Shown here piece after piece: positions 45,766 to 58,795 of a stretch of 64,000 nt of DNA (position 1 is the stretch's first letter; each line of letters begins with the position of its first letter). Both the position numbers and the translations under genes were made by a program. Location of the stretch: NCBI RefSeq assembly GCF_009914755.1, contig NC_060925.1. The stretch is one strand, 5' to 3'. The stretch comes from the human T2T-CHM13v2.0 reference genome, Homo sapiens. The notes beneath the pieces were generated by a model. That model was not told the origin of the DNA, made no database searches, and saw only the letters and a list, made by a program, of their open reading frames with translations.

Positions 45766-47511
45766 CATTTACTGAGCATTTTCTATTATGCTTTTGAATG
45801 ATTTATTACCTTTTTAAAACAAATCATAGCCAATTCAATGTTTTCCAAATTGTACCAGTCTCATTTGCTTGGGGTGAAGGAGAGGGGCAGAGTTACAGGC
45901 AGCAGGCACCTGAAAAATACTCATAACCATAAATGATCTTATCACATACCCTAGTGAGTGACCATGATGATTTAGCCTGAAGAGTTAAATAGGAATTACC
46001 ATAGTCCTCATAAACAAAGATTTGCTTTTAAGGGAGGGTGTCAGTCATCTAGATCTTGAATATGTCCCTGAAGTATGTGGCACGTGGGAATGTCCTCAGG
46101 CTCCTGGGTATCAGTAGAGCGGGGAAAACGACTGCAGACATGCAGAGTCAAGTCCAGGCTTGGCCTGTTGTGCAAAACTGTCCATGATCTGGTCCCTGCC
46201 CACCTCTGCTCCTCCTGCCACTCCCTTCCTTGTGCATTTCACTCTAGCACAATGAAACTGTATGTGATACTAATCATGGCTCACCCTTACTGAGGTCTCC
46301 TATGTGCCAAGCACTGTGCTAAGTGGTTCTCTGCCGTGTCAAAATCTCGTGTAAACCTCACAGCAACCCTACGAGGTAAGTCTCGCTTTCCTCCAATTTT
46401 ATAGAGGAGGAAAGCGAGGCTCTGAGAGGTGAGGTCAACTGAGCTGACCTGGCTAGAGTTGTCAAGTGGGCCGCCCCCCTCTGCCCCTCCCTGCACATGT
46501 TCTTGCGTACCTCTCACATCTGCTTACACTTCGCGCTCCCTCTTGTGCCCAGGTAATGCCCACTCATCCTCAGGACTCAGTTCTTATGCTGCCTCCTGGG
46601 AAGGCCTTCATGGACACCTCCTCTGCCCCCAGACTGGGCTCAGTGTCCCTCTGTGGCACTGAGCCCCTCTGTGGCCGATGAGCTGCCCTCCAAGCACCAC
46701 GCTGGAATGTATGTGTTCAGTCTGTGTGCTCCTCGAGGCAAGCGCTGAGTTTCTAGCATCTTTGAACCCCTAGCATCCAGCATAGTGTCTGGCACATAAC
46801 AGGCCTCCGTAAGTGTTTGTTGAATTGACTGAACTGAACTCCAGGCACTGAGCCTTGAGGTTATTGTCCTTCTGACCAGTTTTCCCTGTCTTCACCTTCT
46901 CTAGGCACAAAGCCAGGCTATTTGATCTCTGGAGAAGGATCCTTTCCCTTCCTGCTTGGGTTCCACCTGCACCCTATGACTTCGGGTGGAAACTGCTGTC
47001 TGATCAGCCACCTTGCCCACACACTTGGACATCTGTACTGTCTCTGATCCCTTCTCTCCTCACCAACAGGCTGGACCCCACATCCACCCCTCTGAATCAA
47101 ATCATTCCGCTTCCCCTTAGCCTCAGCTCTTTCTTCTGGGTTGTTTGTATTTTCTTTTCTGTCCCAAACAGTTTCCCCCACAAAAAGAACTTTATGTCTT
47201 TCTCTGTCTTCCCTCAGTCCTTCCAGTCAGCAGCCTGTGATTGGGCTTTTCCCCTCAGAAACGAACAATCCAGAACCCACTGTTTAAAACAACTGTATTT
47301 TGCCTTGGGAAGTCCCATTGCCTTCCCTGAAAACATTAAACATTCCTCCGATCCCCAGCCTGAGTCTCTCTGTCTCTGGGCCCCATCCTGCTCCACAGCA
47401 GGGCTGGTGTGTCCAGCACAGAGTGACCCTCCGATGCCCTTTCCCACCCGCCGCCCTGCCTCCCTCGAGCCCTGCCTTCCCTCACTTCCCAGTCTCCTCT
47501 GCTTCTGGCAG

Positions 47512-47715
47512 CTTTGGGACCCCCGCCCCTGGCTTCTCCTCCATGCTGTATGGAATGAAGATTGCAAATCTGGCCTACGTCACCAAGACTCGGGTCAGGT
47601 TCTTCAGACTCGACCGCTGGGCCGACGTGCGGTTCCCAGAAAAGAGGAGAATGAAGCTGGGGTCAGATATCAGCAAACACCACAAGTCACTGCTAGCCAA
47701 GATCTTTTATGACAG
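47512..47715 (+). CDS. MOV10: MOV10 coding exon 2 (SFGTPAPGFSSMLYG...LAKIFYDR)
   Basis: ggcag acceptor, gtgtgt donor, 204 nt. Confidence 0.95.
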
Positions 47716-47991
47716 GTGTGTGTGTGTTGTATGTTGTGTGTACGGGGAGGTCTGCAGGGTGTGAGGGAAGGGGGCTATCTGTGTGAGGAAAGAGTGGGTT
47801 ACACAAGTGGGAATAAGTCCCCCTCCTTCAGGGAATGGGGGAAGGGCAGGGAACTGGTCTGCTGGGAGGGGGTGAGTTTCCTAAGCACAGCTGGCACTTT
47901 GCCTGCCTCCCAAGCCTAAAGCTTTCCCCAGGGTAACTCCCCAGTCAGACCGCTCCCACCCCAACCCCCCCTTGACTCCCCTTCTCCCCAG

Positions 47992-48227
47992 GGCTGAGTA
48001 TCTTCATGGGAAACATGGTGTGGATGTGGAAGTCCAGGGGCCCCATGAAGCCCGAGATGGGCAGCTCCTTATCCGCCTGGATTTGAACCGCAAAGAGGTG
48101 CTGACCCTGAGGCTTCGGAATGGCGGAACCCAGTCTGTTACCCTCACTCACCTCTTCCCACTCTGCCGGACACCCCAGTTTGCTTTCTACAATGAAGACC
48201 AGGAGTTGCCCTGTCCACTGGGCCCCG
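47992..48227 (+). CDS. MOV10: MOV10 coding exon 3 (AEYLHGKHG...PCPLGP)
   Basis: cccag acceptor, gtgagt donor, 236 nt. Confidence 0.95.
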
Positions 48228-48416
48228 GTGAGTGAGTTTCCAAAGGAAAGAGCTGGTGGACAGGGGCTTGTCCCAGGCAGTGCTTATGCTTTGGGAAACA
48301 CACTGTCACTGTCCATGGGACTCTTGCCTTGGGATGGGGCTTCCTGGGGGAGTGTCCGGGATAAGGATATGGGTGGGAGGGTCCCTACCCCCATTCACTC
48401 ATCCATTCTCCTCCAG

Positions 48417-48675
48417 GTGAATGCTATGAACTCCATGTCCATTGTAAGACCAGCTTTGTGGGCTACTTCCCAGCCACAGTGCTCTGGGAGCTGCTGGGAC
48501 CTGGGGAGTCGGGTTCAGAAGGAGCCGGCACATTCTACATTGCCCGCTTCTTGGCTGCCGTCGCCCACAGCCCCCTGGCTGCACAGCTGAAGCCCATGAC
48601 TCCCTTCAAGCGGACCCGGATCACCGGAAACCCTGTGGTGACCAATCGGATAGAGGAAGGAGAGAGACCTGACCG
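48417..48675 (+). CDS. MOV10: MOV10 coding exon 4 (ECYELHVHCK...EGERPDR)
   Basis: ctccag acceptor, gtaact donor, 259 nt. Confidence 0.95.
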
Positions 48676-48918
48676 GTAACTCCTCCCTCCAACTCAGCCC
48701 TGGCTGGGCTCGTATCTCAACCACATGGGCCAGGGCTTTGGGAAGAGCACAGAGCTGGGAGCCAGAGCCCTTTTCCTACAGGCTCTTCACTCTTCTGGGT
48801 CTCAGAGAATTTTTCTGTCAAGGAAGAAAGTTGCAGATGAACTGCAGATCTGAGGACAGAGTGAAAACAGTTTTAGGCATTGTCCCTGTGTGATGCATTA
48901 TCAGGCAGATCATTGTAG

Positions 48919-49173
<255 letters not shown>

Positions 49174-50241
49174 TGATCCGCCAGCCTCGGCCTCCCAAAA
49201 TGCTGGGATTACAGGGGCGAGCCACCGTGCCCAGCCAACATCTCTGTTTTTTTAAACAGCTGTATTGAGATAATTCACATACCATATGATTCACCCATTT
49301 AAATTACACAATTCAGTAATTTTTTTAGTATATTCACAAATATGTGACACTATCACCACCATCGGTTTTAGAACATTTCATTATCCCAAAAAGCTATCAC
49401 CCTTTTATCCTCCACCCACTTTGTTCAGCCCTAAGAAACTGCTCATCTACTTCCTGTCTCTGTAGATTTCTCTGTGCTGGATACTTCATATGGATGGAAG
49501 CGTAGGATATGTGTAGACATCTCTTTTTGTTTTTGCTAGATGTTCACAAAATACTGAGTTATAAAAGCAAACTAGCCGGGTGTGGTGGCTCACACCTGTA
49601 ATCCCAGCATTTTGGGAGGCTGAGGCGGGCAGATCACTTGAGGTCAAGAGTTTGAGATCAGCCTGGCCAACATGGTGAAATCCCATTTCTACTAAAAATA
49701 CAAAAAAATTAGCCGGGTGTGGTGGCGCATGCCTGTAGTCCCAGCTACTCTACTCAGGAGCTGAGGCAGGAGAATTGCTTGAACCTGGGAGGCGGTGGTT
49801 GCAGTGAGCCGAGATTGCGCCATTGCACTTCAGCCTGGGCAACAGAGTGGGACTCAAAAAAGAAAAAAAAGCAAACTACATAATAGGACCTTCACAGACC
49901 ATTGTGCTCTTTTTGTTGACTATATATGTATAACAGAAACTTACAGGGAAAAAAGTCTGGTAGTTAACATTGGTTATTCCTGGATGGTAAGAATGATATT
50001 TACTTATTACCTATTACCTGATTTTTTTCTCTAGTGATCATTTATTACTTAGATAATAGTTTTAAAGGTTTCCAAGTATCGCATGTTCCAAAAATGAGAG
50101 TAGTCCACCCTTGGAGCGAGGCTGCTGACTTCCCTTCAGCAGTAGGATTGCAGGAGGGCTTTGTGCATCCACCCCAGAGGGGCGTTCTCAGAGTGTTGGA
50201 GGGTGAGGGGTTTTCTGTGTTTTCTTCCCTCGATTCTGCAG

Positions 50242-50376
50242 CGCTAAGGGCTATGACCTGGAGTTAAGTATGGCGCTGGGGACATACTACCCACCTCCCC
50301 GCCTCAGGCAGCTGCTCCCCATGCTTCTTCAGGGAACAAGTATCTTCACTGCCCCTAAGGAGATCGCAGAGATCAA
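50242..50376 (+). CDS. MOV10: MOV10 coding exon 5 (AKGYDLELSM...KEIAEIK)
   Basis: ctgcag acceptor, gtaagt donor, 135 nt. Confidence 0.94.
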
Positions 50377-51337
50377 GTAAGTACCATCCCTCTGCACCCC
50401 GCACTCTCCCATCTTTTACCTACTGGCTTCTTTGCATTGCCCTGGCACCTCCGTCCTCAGCCTCCCAGGCTGTATTCATTCATTCCCTTACTGAGCACGC
50501 ACCATACACCAAGCACCATTCAAGGTGAACCAGTCAAATGAAGGCCTGGCTCATTTTAATGGGGGACAATGAGCATTTTTGTTACAATTTCATGGAGTGA
50601 TGAGTGCTGTGAAGAACTAAACAGGTCAGGTGTAAGTGGCTCATGCCTGTAATCTCAGCACTTTGGGAGGCCGAGGCAGGTGGATCATTTAAGCCCAAGA
50701 GTTCAAGACCAGCCTGGGGCAACATAGTGAGATTCTGTCTCTACAAAAAAAAATTTTAATTAGCCAAGTGTGGTGGCACATGTCTGTAGTCCCAGCTACT
50801 TGTGAGGCAGAGGTGGGAGAATTTCTTGAGCCCAGGAGGTTGAGGACACAGTGAGTGAGCCCAGATCATGCCACTGCACTCCAGCATGGGTGACAGAGCA
50901 AGATCTTGTCTCTAAAAAAGATGAACAGAACTATACTGAAACTAAAGCAGGGTTAGGGAATGGGTTGGTGCTGCTTTGCAGAAGGCCAGTTAGTCCTGGC
51001 CTGTTTGAGGTAGTGATGTTTGAACAGAGAAGGACATTTGAATGAGGTGAGGGTGGGAGTCATGAGAGGATTGGAGGAGAATGTTCTGGCCATAAGAGCC
51101 ACCATGCAAATGCAAGTCGGGTGAGGTGGGGGCAGGGGCATCCAAGGAAGCAGGAGCCAAGGCTTCCTTCTTCAGGGCCTCTGACTCTCATCCACTTCTG
51201 TATCCCTCTAGTCTTCTCTGCTTTTTGACGCTAGTTCCAGAGCTTCAGGTGGGAGAAGGTGGATACTCCTGGGCATAGGGGTTGTCTGGCCCATCCTGTT
51301 CCTGCCCCCACTCACCCCTCCCAACCATCATTTCCAG

Positions 51338-51506
51338 GGCCCAGCTGGAGACAGCCCTGAAGTGGAGGAACTATGAGGTGAAGCTGCGGCTGCTGCTGCA
51401 CCTGGAGGAACTGCAGATGGAGCATGATATCCGGCACTATGACCTGGAGTCGGTGCCCATGACCTGGGACCCTGTGGACCAGAACCCCAGGCTGCTCACG
51501 CTGGAG
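51338..51506 (+). CDS. MOV10: MOV10 coding exon 6 (AQLETALKWRNY...RLLTLE)
   Basis: ttccag acceptor, gtcagg donor, 169 nt. Confidence 0.95.
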
Positions 51507-52594
51507 GTCAGGGCTCAGATTGAGTGTGAGGAGGGTGGGCTCAAGCCAGCCAAGCTAGAGGCTGTGGGCAGAACTATTCCTGACAGCAGGGCAGAACAAG
51601 AGGAAAGTTGAAGTGGTTCCCAGGGCTCCGCAAGAAGCAGGGTGGGCATCCTGTGCCCAAAGATGTGTTGGAGCAGGGAAATGGGGAAGATCTGGGTTCT
51701 AGTCCAGGCTTTGCTACCACCTTGGGTAAGTCCCTGGCTTTCTCTAAGCCTTAGTTCCCTTATCTGAAAAGCACAGAGCTGGACTGGATAATTCTTAGAG
51801 CTCTTTCTGGCTCTTGGATTTTCAATGTGTGCATATAAGCCCAAAATTACACACGAGAATGGATTTCTACACACAATTGCAGGTGGGAATTAGAGGGTGA
51901 GTTTGTTCAAGGAAAGATTACTGCAGGAAGTGAGTTTTGAACAAGTTTTTTGTTGTTGTTGTTTTTGTTTTGAGACAGGGTCTCACCCTGGTGCTCAGGC
52001 TGGAGTGCAATGGCATGATCTTGGCTCGCTTTAATCCCCGCTGCCCGGGCTCAAGTGATCCTCCCAAGTAGCTGGGACCACAGACATGCCCCACTACGCC
52101 TGGCTAATTTTTGTATTTTTTGTAGAGATGGGGTTTTGCCACATTGGCCAGGCTGGTCTCGCAACACCTGGACTCAAGTGATCCGCCTGCCTCAGTCTCC
52201 CAAAGTGCTGGGATTACAGGCGTGAGCCACCATGCCTGGTCCGTTTTTTTTTTTTTTTTTTTTAAATTATTTTTTTAGCAACCCGATTAACTGATGAACA
52301 GGATTTTTATAGGCAGAGCAGGAACTGAGCTGGCCAAGAGGGCAGCTGCACTGGAGGCTCCGGGTTCCTGGGCTCAGCATCTCTGGGCAGCTTCGGAGGA
52401 TTTGTCTTCTTCCTCTTCCCCTGACTCCTGCTGGTATGAAAGGAAAGAGGGGTGCAGGGATAGCATAACTCCCTGAGTCTTAGGTTAGAAGGCCAGTCTC
52501 AGTCCTTGTCCCTTAAAGGTCTGGGGAACCTGGGGGCTGGGCCCTCCAGCGTCCATCCCTGGGACAGAAGCTTGCTTGTGTTCACACCCCATAG

Positions 52595-52749
52595 GTTCCT
52601 GGAGTGACTGAGAGCCGCCCCTCAGTGCTACGGGGCGACCACCTGTTTGCCCTTTTGTCCTCGGAGACACACCAGGAGGACCCCATCACATATAAGGGCT
52701 TTGTGCACAAGGTGGAATTGGACCGTGTCAAGCTGAGCTTTTCCATGAG
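52595..52749 (+). CDS. MOV10: MOV10 coding exon 7 (VPGVTESRPSVLRGD...KLSFSM)
   Basis: catag acceptor, gtgggt donor, 155 nt. Confidence 0.95.
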
Positions 52750-53029
52750 GTGGGTGTTGGGGGAACCCTGAGCTGCTGGAAGGGTCTACAGACTTCTGAC
52801 CCCAGGGGAGGAGGAGTGTTTCTCCCTGAGATAAATGAGACCCCGGGGCAGAGCAGGAGACTTTTCCTCAGGGGTACCCTGAGATGCTACGGCAGCTTCC
52901 TCTTCTAGAGAACTTGCATAGAGGTCTTGGAAAGAGGGGTTGGGACACTGGTTGGTGGAGAAAGTTCTGGCCCTTTATTGCCCACCTCCCCTGCCCCAAC
53001 AAACTCTTACCACCTCTCTCTGCCCAAAG

Positions 53030-53206
53030 CCTCCTGAGCCGCTTTGTGGATGGGCTGACCTTCAAGGTGAACTTTACCTTCAACCGCCAGCCGCTGCGAG
53101 TCCAGCACCGTGCCCTGGAGCTGACAGGGCGCTGGCTGCTGTGGCCCATGCTCTTTCCTGTGGCACCTCGGGACGTCCCGCTGCTGCCCTCAGATGTGAA
53201 ACTCAA
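53030..53206 (+). CDS. MOV10: MOV10 coding exon 8 (LLSRFVDG...SDVKLK)
   Basis: caaag acceptor, gtgaga donor, 177 nt. Confidence 0.94.
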
Positions 53207-53325
53207 GTGAGACTGTGGGCAGGGAGCTTCTGGAGCCACTTGGAGTGTGGGCACAGGGGGTGGAGTCAGGGAGGCCTCTGGGTCACTGGATGACTTCAAG
53301 TTCACATTCCTGGTCCCTCTGCCAG

Positions 53326-53473
53326 GCTGTACGACCGGAGTCTGGAGTCAAACCCAGAGCAGCTGCAGGCCATGAGGCACATTGTTACGGGCACCACCCG
53401 TCCAGCCCCCTACATCATCTTTGGGCCTCCAGGCACCGGCAAGACTGTCACGTTAGTGGAGGCAATTAAGCAG
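53326..53473 (+). CDS. MOV10: MOV10 coding exon 9, Walker A motif GPPGTGKT
   Basis: gccag acceptor, gtgggg donor, 148 nt; UPF1-like SF1 helicase motif I. Confidence 0.97.
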
Positions 53474-53992
53474 GTGGGGTCTGAGCACAAACCTGGGGCC
53501 TGCACTCTGATTCCCCCAGCACCAAGCAGTTGTCCCCAGATTCTAGTTCCTTCCCACTCCCGAAATGCTCCTGCTTCTAAGCAGCCATCAGAAAGAGAGG
53601 TAGGGGCCGGGTGCAGTGGCTCATGCCTGTAATCTCAGCACTTGGGGAAGACTAGCCCAAGGAGTTCAAGACCAGCCTGGACAATATTGCAAGACCCTAT
53701 CTCTATGAAAAATATGAAAAATAGCTGGGCACTTGAGGCTGCAGTGCGATTGTGCCACTGCACTCCATCCTGGGTGACAGAGTGAGACTCTGTCTCAAAA
53801 AAAAGGGTGGGGATTGGGGAAGTGGGAAGTTAGGGTAAATGTGGCTGTGGAGCACTGTTGTACGGGTAGGGCACTGCATGAATCTTGGAGTCACCATTCA
53901 CATTTCAGTCATCATAGACTTGCCCTGCCCCAGCCTGGGTACGGCTGAGTCTCAGGAACCTGCCTCCCACACTGCGCTTATCTGCATCTCAG

Positions 53993-54151
53993 GTGGTGAA
54001 GCACTTGCCCAAAGCCCACATCTTGGCCTGCGCTCCATCCAACTCAGGGGCTGACCTACTCTGTCAAAGGCTCCGGGTCCACCTTCCTAGCTCCATCTAC
54101 CGCCTCCTGGCCCCCAGCAGGGACATCCGCATGGTACCTGAGGACATCAAG
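53993..54151 (+). CDS. MOV10: MOV10 coding exon 10 (motif Ia, ACAPSNSGAD)
   Basis: ctcag acceptor, gtacta donor, 159 nt. Confidence 0.96.
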
Positions 54152-54354
54152 GTACTAGGGAAGTGCAGAGGGCCAAAGAATGGCAAATGCCGGGGAGGCT
54201 CTCAGGGCAGACACTGAGGCGAGGAAGCTAGGAGACCTGGATTCTGATACTTGCTATGTGACCTTGGGTTGGACAGGACCCCTCCCTGGGCCTCAGTTTG
54301 TCTGTAAGTGAGGGGGGTGGATAAAACATTTGGGGGGCTGGGTGCAGTGGCTTA

Positions 54355-54618
<264 letters not shown>

Positions 54619-54724
54619 TTAAAAAAAATAAAAATAATTGTTTGAGGGGGGGTACCCACAGCCAGAATCACGGTGGGAATGAGTGGAGCCAAGCTGATTC
54701 CTCTGGTCCCTTCACAATCCACAG

Positions 54725-54828
54725 CCCTGCTGCAACTGGGACGCAAAGAAGGGGGAGTATGTATTTCCCGCCAAGAAGAAGCTGCAGGAATACCGGGTCT
54801 TAATTACCACCCTCATCACTGCCGGCAG
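54725..54828 (+). CDS. MOV10: MOV10 coding exon 11 (PCCNWDAKKG...ITTLITAG)
   Basis: cacag acceptor, gtgggg donor, 104 nt. Confidence 0.94.
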
Positions 54829-55013
54829 GTGGGGAGTGTGTGTGGGTGTGTCTCTGAATCGTAAGTGTAATTAAAGGGGTACCGGGCTGGGGAAATGGGG
54901 AAGAATGGTTTCCGGAGTGGGGTGGTGGGTGCTGAGAAGCCAGCCTGGGAAAGCATTCAGGTTTGGTAGTTGGGTGCCTGGATATGACCCCTGCCTGGCC
55001 TGACACCTCCCAG

Positions 55014-55111
55014 GTTGGTCTCGGCCCAGTTTCCCATTGATCACTTCACACACATCTTCATCGATGAGGCTGGCCACTGCATGGAGCCTGAGAGTCTGGT
55101 AGCTATAGCAG
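55014..55111 (+). CDS. MOV10: MOV10 coding exon 12, Walker B / DEAG motif (IFIDEAGH)
   Basis: cccag acceptor, gtgagg donor, 98 nt. Confidence 0.97.
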
Positions 55112-55206
55112 GTGAGGGACTCAGGTGGGGCTGCAGGTATACACCCTGTGTGGGTCAGAGAGGTTGCACCACTTACCTTTCTTCCCACACCTCTTCTGCT
55201 TCCCAG

Positions 55207-55423
55207 GGCTGATGGAAGTAAAGGAAACAGGTGATCCAGGAGGGCAGCTGGTGCTGGCAGGAGACCCTCGGCAGCTGGGGCCTGTGCTGCGTTCCCCACT
55301 GACCCAGAAGCATGGACTGGGATACTCACTGCTGGAGCGGCTGCTCACCTACAACTCCCTGTACAAGAAGGGCCCTGATGGCTATGACCCCCAGTTCATA
55401 ACCAAGCTGCTCCGCAACTACAG
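55207..55423 (+). CDS. MOV10: MOV10 coding exon 13 (motif [13 protein letters not shown]...LRNYR)
   Basis: cccag acceptor, gtattc donor, 217 nt. Confidence 0.96.
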
Positions 55424-55769
55424 GTATTCCCACGCCCTTGCCTCCCCTGCCATATCCTATGCTTTCACATCCTGCATGCAGACCCCACTGGAGAGTCTGG
55501 CTTGCTGTCAGTCCTGTTGCTCAGAGGTTGTGTGATGCAGAAAGACTAAACTGGAAGGCAGGAGGTTTTTCTAGCCCCAGCACTGCTGCTTGTTGTCTGC
55601 GTGACTTAGCCAGTGGTTTCACACTACACCAGTCAGCTTATCTGCATCTTAGGGGGTGGTCAGTGGTTCCTAGAGGCTAGGGTGTGTCTGGTACCAGTCC
55701 CAGATGAAGTTTTCAGGCAATCCAAGGAGAGATAAGAAAAATAGGGAGGAGGTCGGGCACAGTGGCTCA

Positions 55770-56090
<321 letters not shown>

Positions 56091-56570
56091 CTATTGTTAT
56101 TCAAATTAAAGAGCTGTATACTTTTAGTGAATGAGTTCAGCCATCTAAAATGCTTAGATAAGTTTTATGCTGTCACTAAGAGCTCAATAAATGTTAGTTA
56201 TTGTGTCATCACTGCTTATATTTTTTGATTTAACACATGGTCTCATCAAATAACGTGATAGTCAAGGAGAATTTGGTTTCGTACTGTCCTTGGTAAATTT
56301 GAAACCTGAAAATGGGCCCCTAATTATTTAGTTTTAAATGTCATGGGTCTGTGGAGTCCCTGGACTAGATGCTCTCTGGAACTATATTTGGTTCTGCTTT
56401 CTGTGGTTTACAGTGCCTGGCAGCAGATATTATGGAGGAGTGTCCTGCTATCCAGGGAGCCAGCGGGGTAGCAGGCTATTGTGTGTGGGCCCAGAGTGGG
56501 TAGAGCGGAGCCCCTGTAGGGCAGAGGGAATCTGACCCTTGGTCTTGCTTTTCCTCCTCCGGCCTCCCAG

Positions 56571-56688
56571 GTCTCATCCCACCATCCTGGACATTCCTAA
56601 CCAGCTCTATTATGAAGGGGAGCTGCAGGCCTGTGCTGATGTCGTGGATCGAGAACGCTTCTGCCGCTGGGCGGGCCTACCTCGACAG
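56571..56688 (+). CDS. MOV10: MOV10 coding exon 14 (SHPTILDIPN...GLPRQ)
   Basis: cccag acceptor, gtgagg donor, 118 nt. Confidence 0.95.
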
Positions 56689-56863
56689 GTGAGGCTGAGC
56701 AGGGCAGGCCCCACCCCTGTACCCTGACTTCCCTCCCACTGAAGGTGCAGCCCCTCCCTTTGTCACCTTGGCCTAGGATCTCTTACTCTCTGGAAGGGTT
56801 TGGGAAGGGAGGGAATAGAGGGAGGGTGGTCTGGCTGACGGTTTCCCCCGACCCCATGTCCAG

Positions 56864-57055
56864 GGCTTTCCCATCATCTTTCACGGCGTAATGGGCAAAG
56901 ATGAGCGTGAAGGCAACAGCCCATCCTTCTTCAACCCTGAAGAGGCTGCCACAGTGACTTCCTACCTGAAGCTGCTCCTGGCCCCCTCCTCCAAGAAGGG
57001 CAAAGCTCGCCTGAGCCCTCGAAGTGTGGGCGTCATCTCCCCGTACCGGAAACAG
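56864..57055 (+). CDS. MOV10: MOV10 coding exon 15 (GFPIIFHG...ISPYRKQ)
   Basis: tccag acceptor, gtcagg donor, 192 nt. Confidence 0.95.
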
Positions 57056-57291
57056 GTCAGGTCCTCAGTTACCAGCAAGGGTGGGGCCCCTCCCCCAGAT
57101 GGTACCTCCTTAATATCCAGACCACTAGGCAGAGGCTCCAGGAGCTTAGGCCTCTGCTGGCTCCGTATCTCAGAAGAGCACCAAGGTCAGCTGCCGCCTC
57201 CCTTTGTTCCCCAGCTCCCTGGCCTCCTGCCAGGCTCCCTCTTGCATTAGGTTAATGGCACGAGAGAAAGGCACCTGTCCCCTCCTTCCAG

Positions 57292-57366
57292 GTGGAGAAA
57301 ATCCGTTACTGCATCACCAAACTTGACAGGGAGCTTCGAGGACTGGATGACATCAAGGACTTGAAG
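57292..57366 (+). CDS. MOV10: MOV10 coding exon 16 (VEKIRYC...IKDLK)
   Basis: ttccag acceptor, gtgaca donor, 75 nt. Confidence 0.94.
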
Positions 57367-57689
57367 GTGACATGCTGTTCCACAGTCACTCCCTGCCTTC
57401 CGTGTGCCCCCACTTGCCCACTTCCAGAGACTTCCTCAAGCTTCCACTCCAGCCCACGTCCCCGTCCCACCCCTGCTGCCTTGAATAGAGCTCGAGCTCT
57501 CCCTGAGCCTCTCACTCCTGGAGATTCCAACTTAAGGGTCTGGGATGGGATCAGGAAGCCTGCATGTTTAACAAACACCTCCTGTCATTCTTAGACTGAG
57601 GCAGGTTTGAGGCCTCTGCCCTAAGGATAAAGTCCAAATTCCGTGGCCTGTCATGTGATGCTGCCACCCCCACCCCCAGTAGCCTCTCT

Positions 57690-57995
57690 CTTAAGGTTCT
57701 GGTCTCAACACTGGCTGCAGATAACAATCACCTGGAGAGCTTTTAATACCCCGCCCCCATGCCAGGGCCCCACCCACCAGCTCATACAGCTATCGGGGCA
57801 GAGCCAGGGCACTGGTAGTTTTTACAGCTTCTCAGGTGATTCTAATATGCAGCCAGGGTTGAAAACACTGCTCTAAGACTTACAGGCCTCTCTCTTGGAA
57901 ATTCTGATCGGGGGTCCGGGTTAGGGCCCAGGGTTGTATATTCTTAACAGATACTTAGTGATTGTTTTCAGGAAAGTTTGAAAGTCACTGCTCTG
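57690..57995. mobile_element. Two MER5-type (hAT) relics in tandem; a similar relic lies at about 6250-6395
   Basis: aatcacctggagagctt...caggtgattctaatatgcagccagggttgaaaacactg motifs. Confidence 0.6.
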
Positions 57996-58261
57996 AGTTC
58001 CCGTGTTCTTTGCAATGCTGTTTTCTTTCCTTAGAACACTTTGCAGGCCCCAGCCCTCAGCAGGATTCAACCTTCATGTTTCAGCTTCCACAGCCTACCT
58101 CCCATCCCCTTTCCCTGGGCCGTGTCGCAGCACTGGTTCACTCACTGATCTACAATTGCCCAGTGACCTCTCTGTACCCTCCTTGGAAGGCAAGCTCCCT
58201 GGGGTAGGGCACCCCTTTGACACCCCTGGCTGGTCTCAGGCCCTGCCTCTTTCCCCACTAG

Positions 58262-58387
58262 GTGGGTTCAGTAGAAGAATTCCAAGGCCAAGAACGAAGC
58301 GTCATCCTCATCTCCACCGTGCGAAGCAGCCAGAGCTTTGTGCAGCTGGATCTGGACTTTAATCTGGGTTTCCTTAAGAACCCCAAG
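58262..58387 (+). CDS. MOV10: MOV10 coding exon 17 (motif [10 protein letters not shown]...LKNPK)
   Basis: actag acceptor, gtttga donor, 126 nt. Confidence 0.95.
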
Positions 58388-58470
58388 GTTTGAGGGCTGG
58401 TCGGGGTGGCAGGAATTCTTCCATTCTCGGGGCTCTTCCCTCTCATGACCACACCACTTCTTCCTTCCAG

Positions 58471-58559
58471 AGGTTCAATGTAGCTGTGACCCGGGCCAAG
58501 GCCCTGCTCATCATCGTGGGGAACCCCCTTCTCCTGGGCCATGACCCTGACTGGAAAGT
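58471..58559 (+). CDS. MOV10: MOV10 coding exon 18 (motif [12 protein letters not shown])
   Basis: ttccag acceptor, gtgagc donor, 89 nt. Confidence 0.95.
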
Positions 58560-58795
58560 GTGAGCATTCCCACCCCATTCTCCCTCTTAGTGGCCACAGC
58601 CCCTGCCTAGGGCAGGTGGATCTTTTTTAAGCGCTTGCTTATCGCTCAGTTAATCCTCAGATGTGTCCATTTTCACAGCATCACTATTGTATTTATAAGT
58701 TAAATGACATCCAGAGGTTGAGCAAGTACAGCTCAGATGGGACAGGACCGTGGCTTAGCCTCCAGTCTCTGCTGGCACTCCTCTGTACCCCACAG

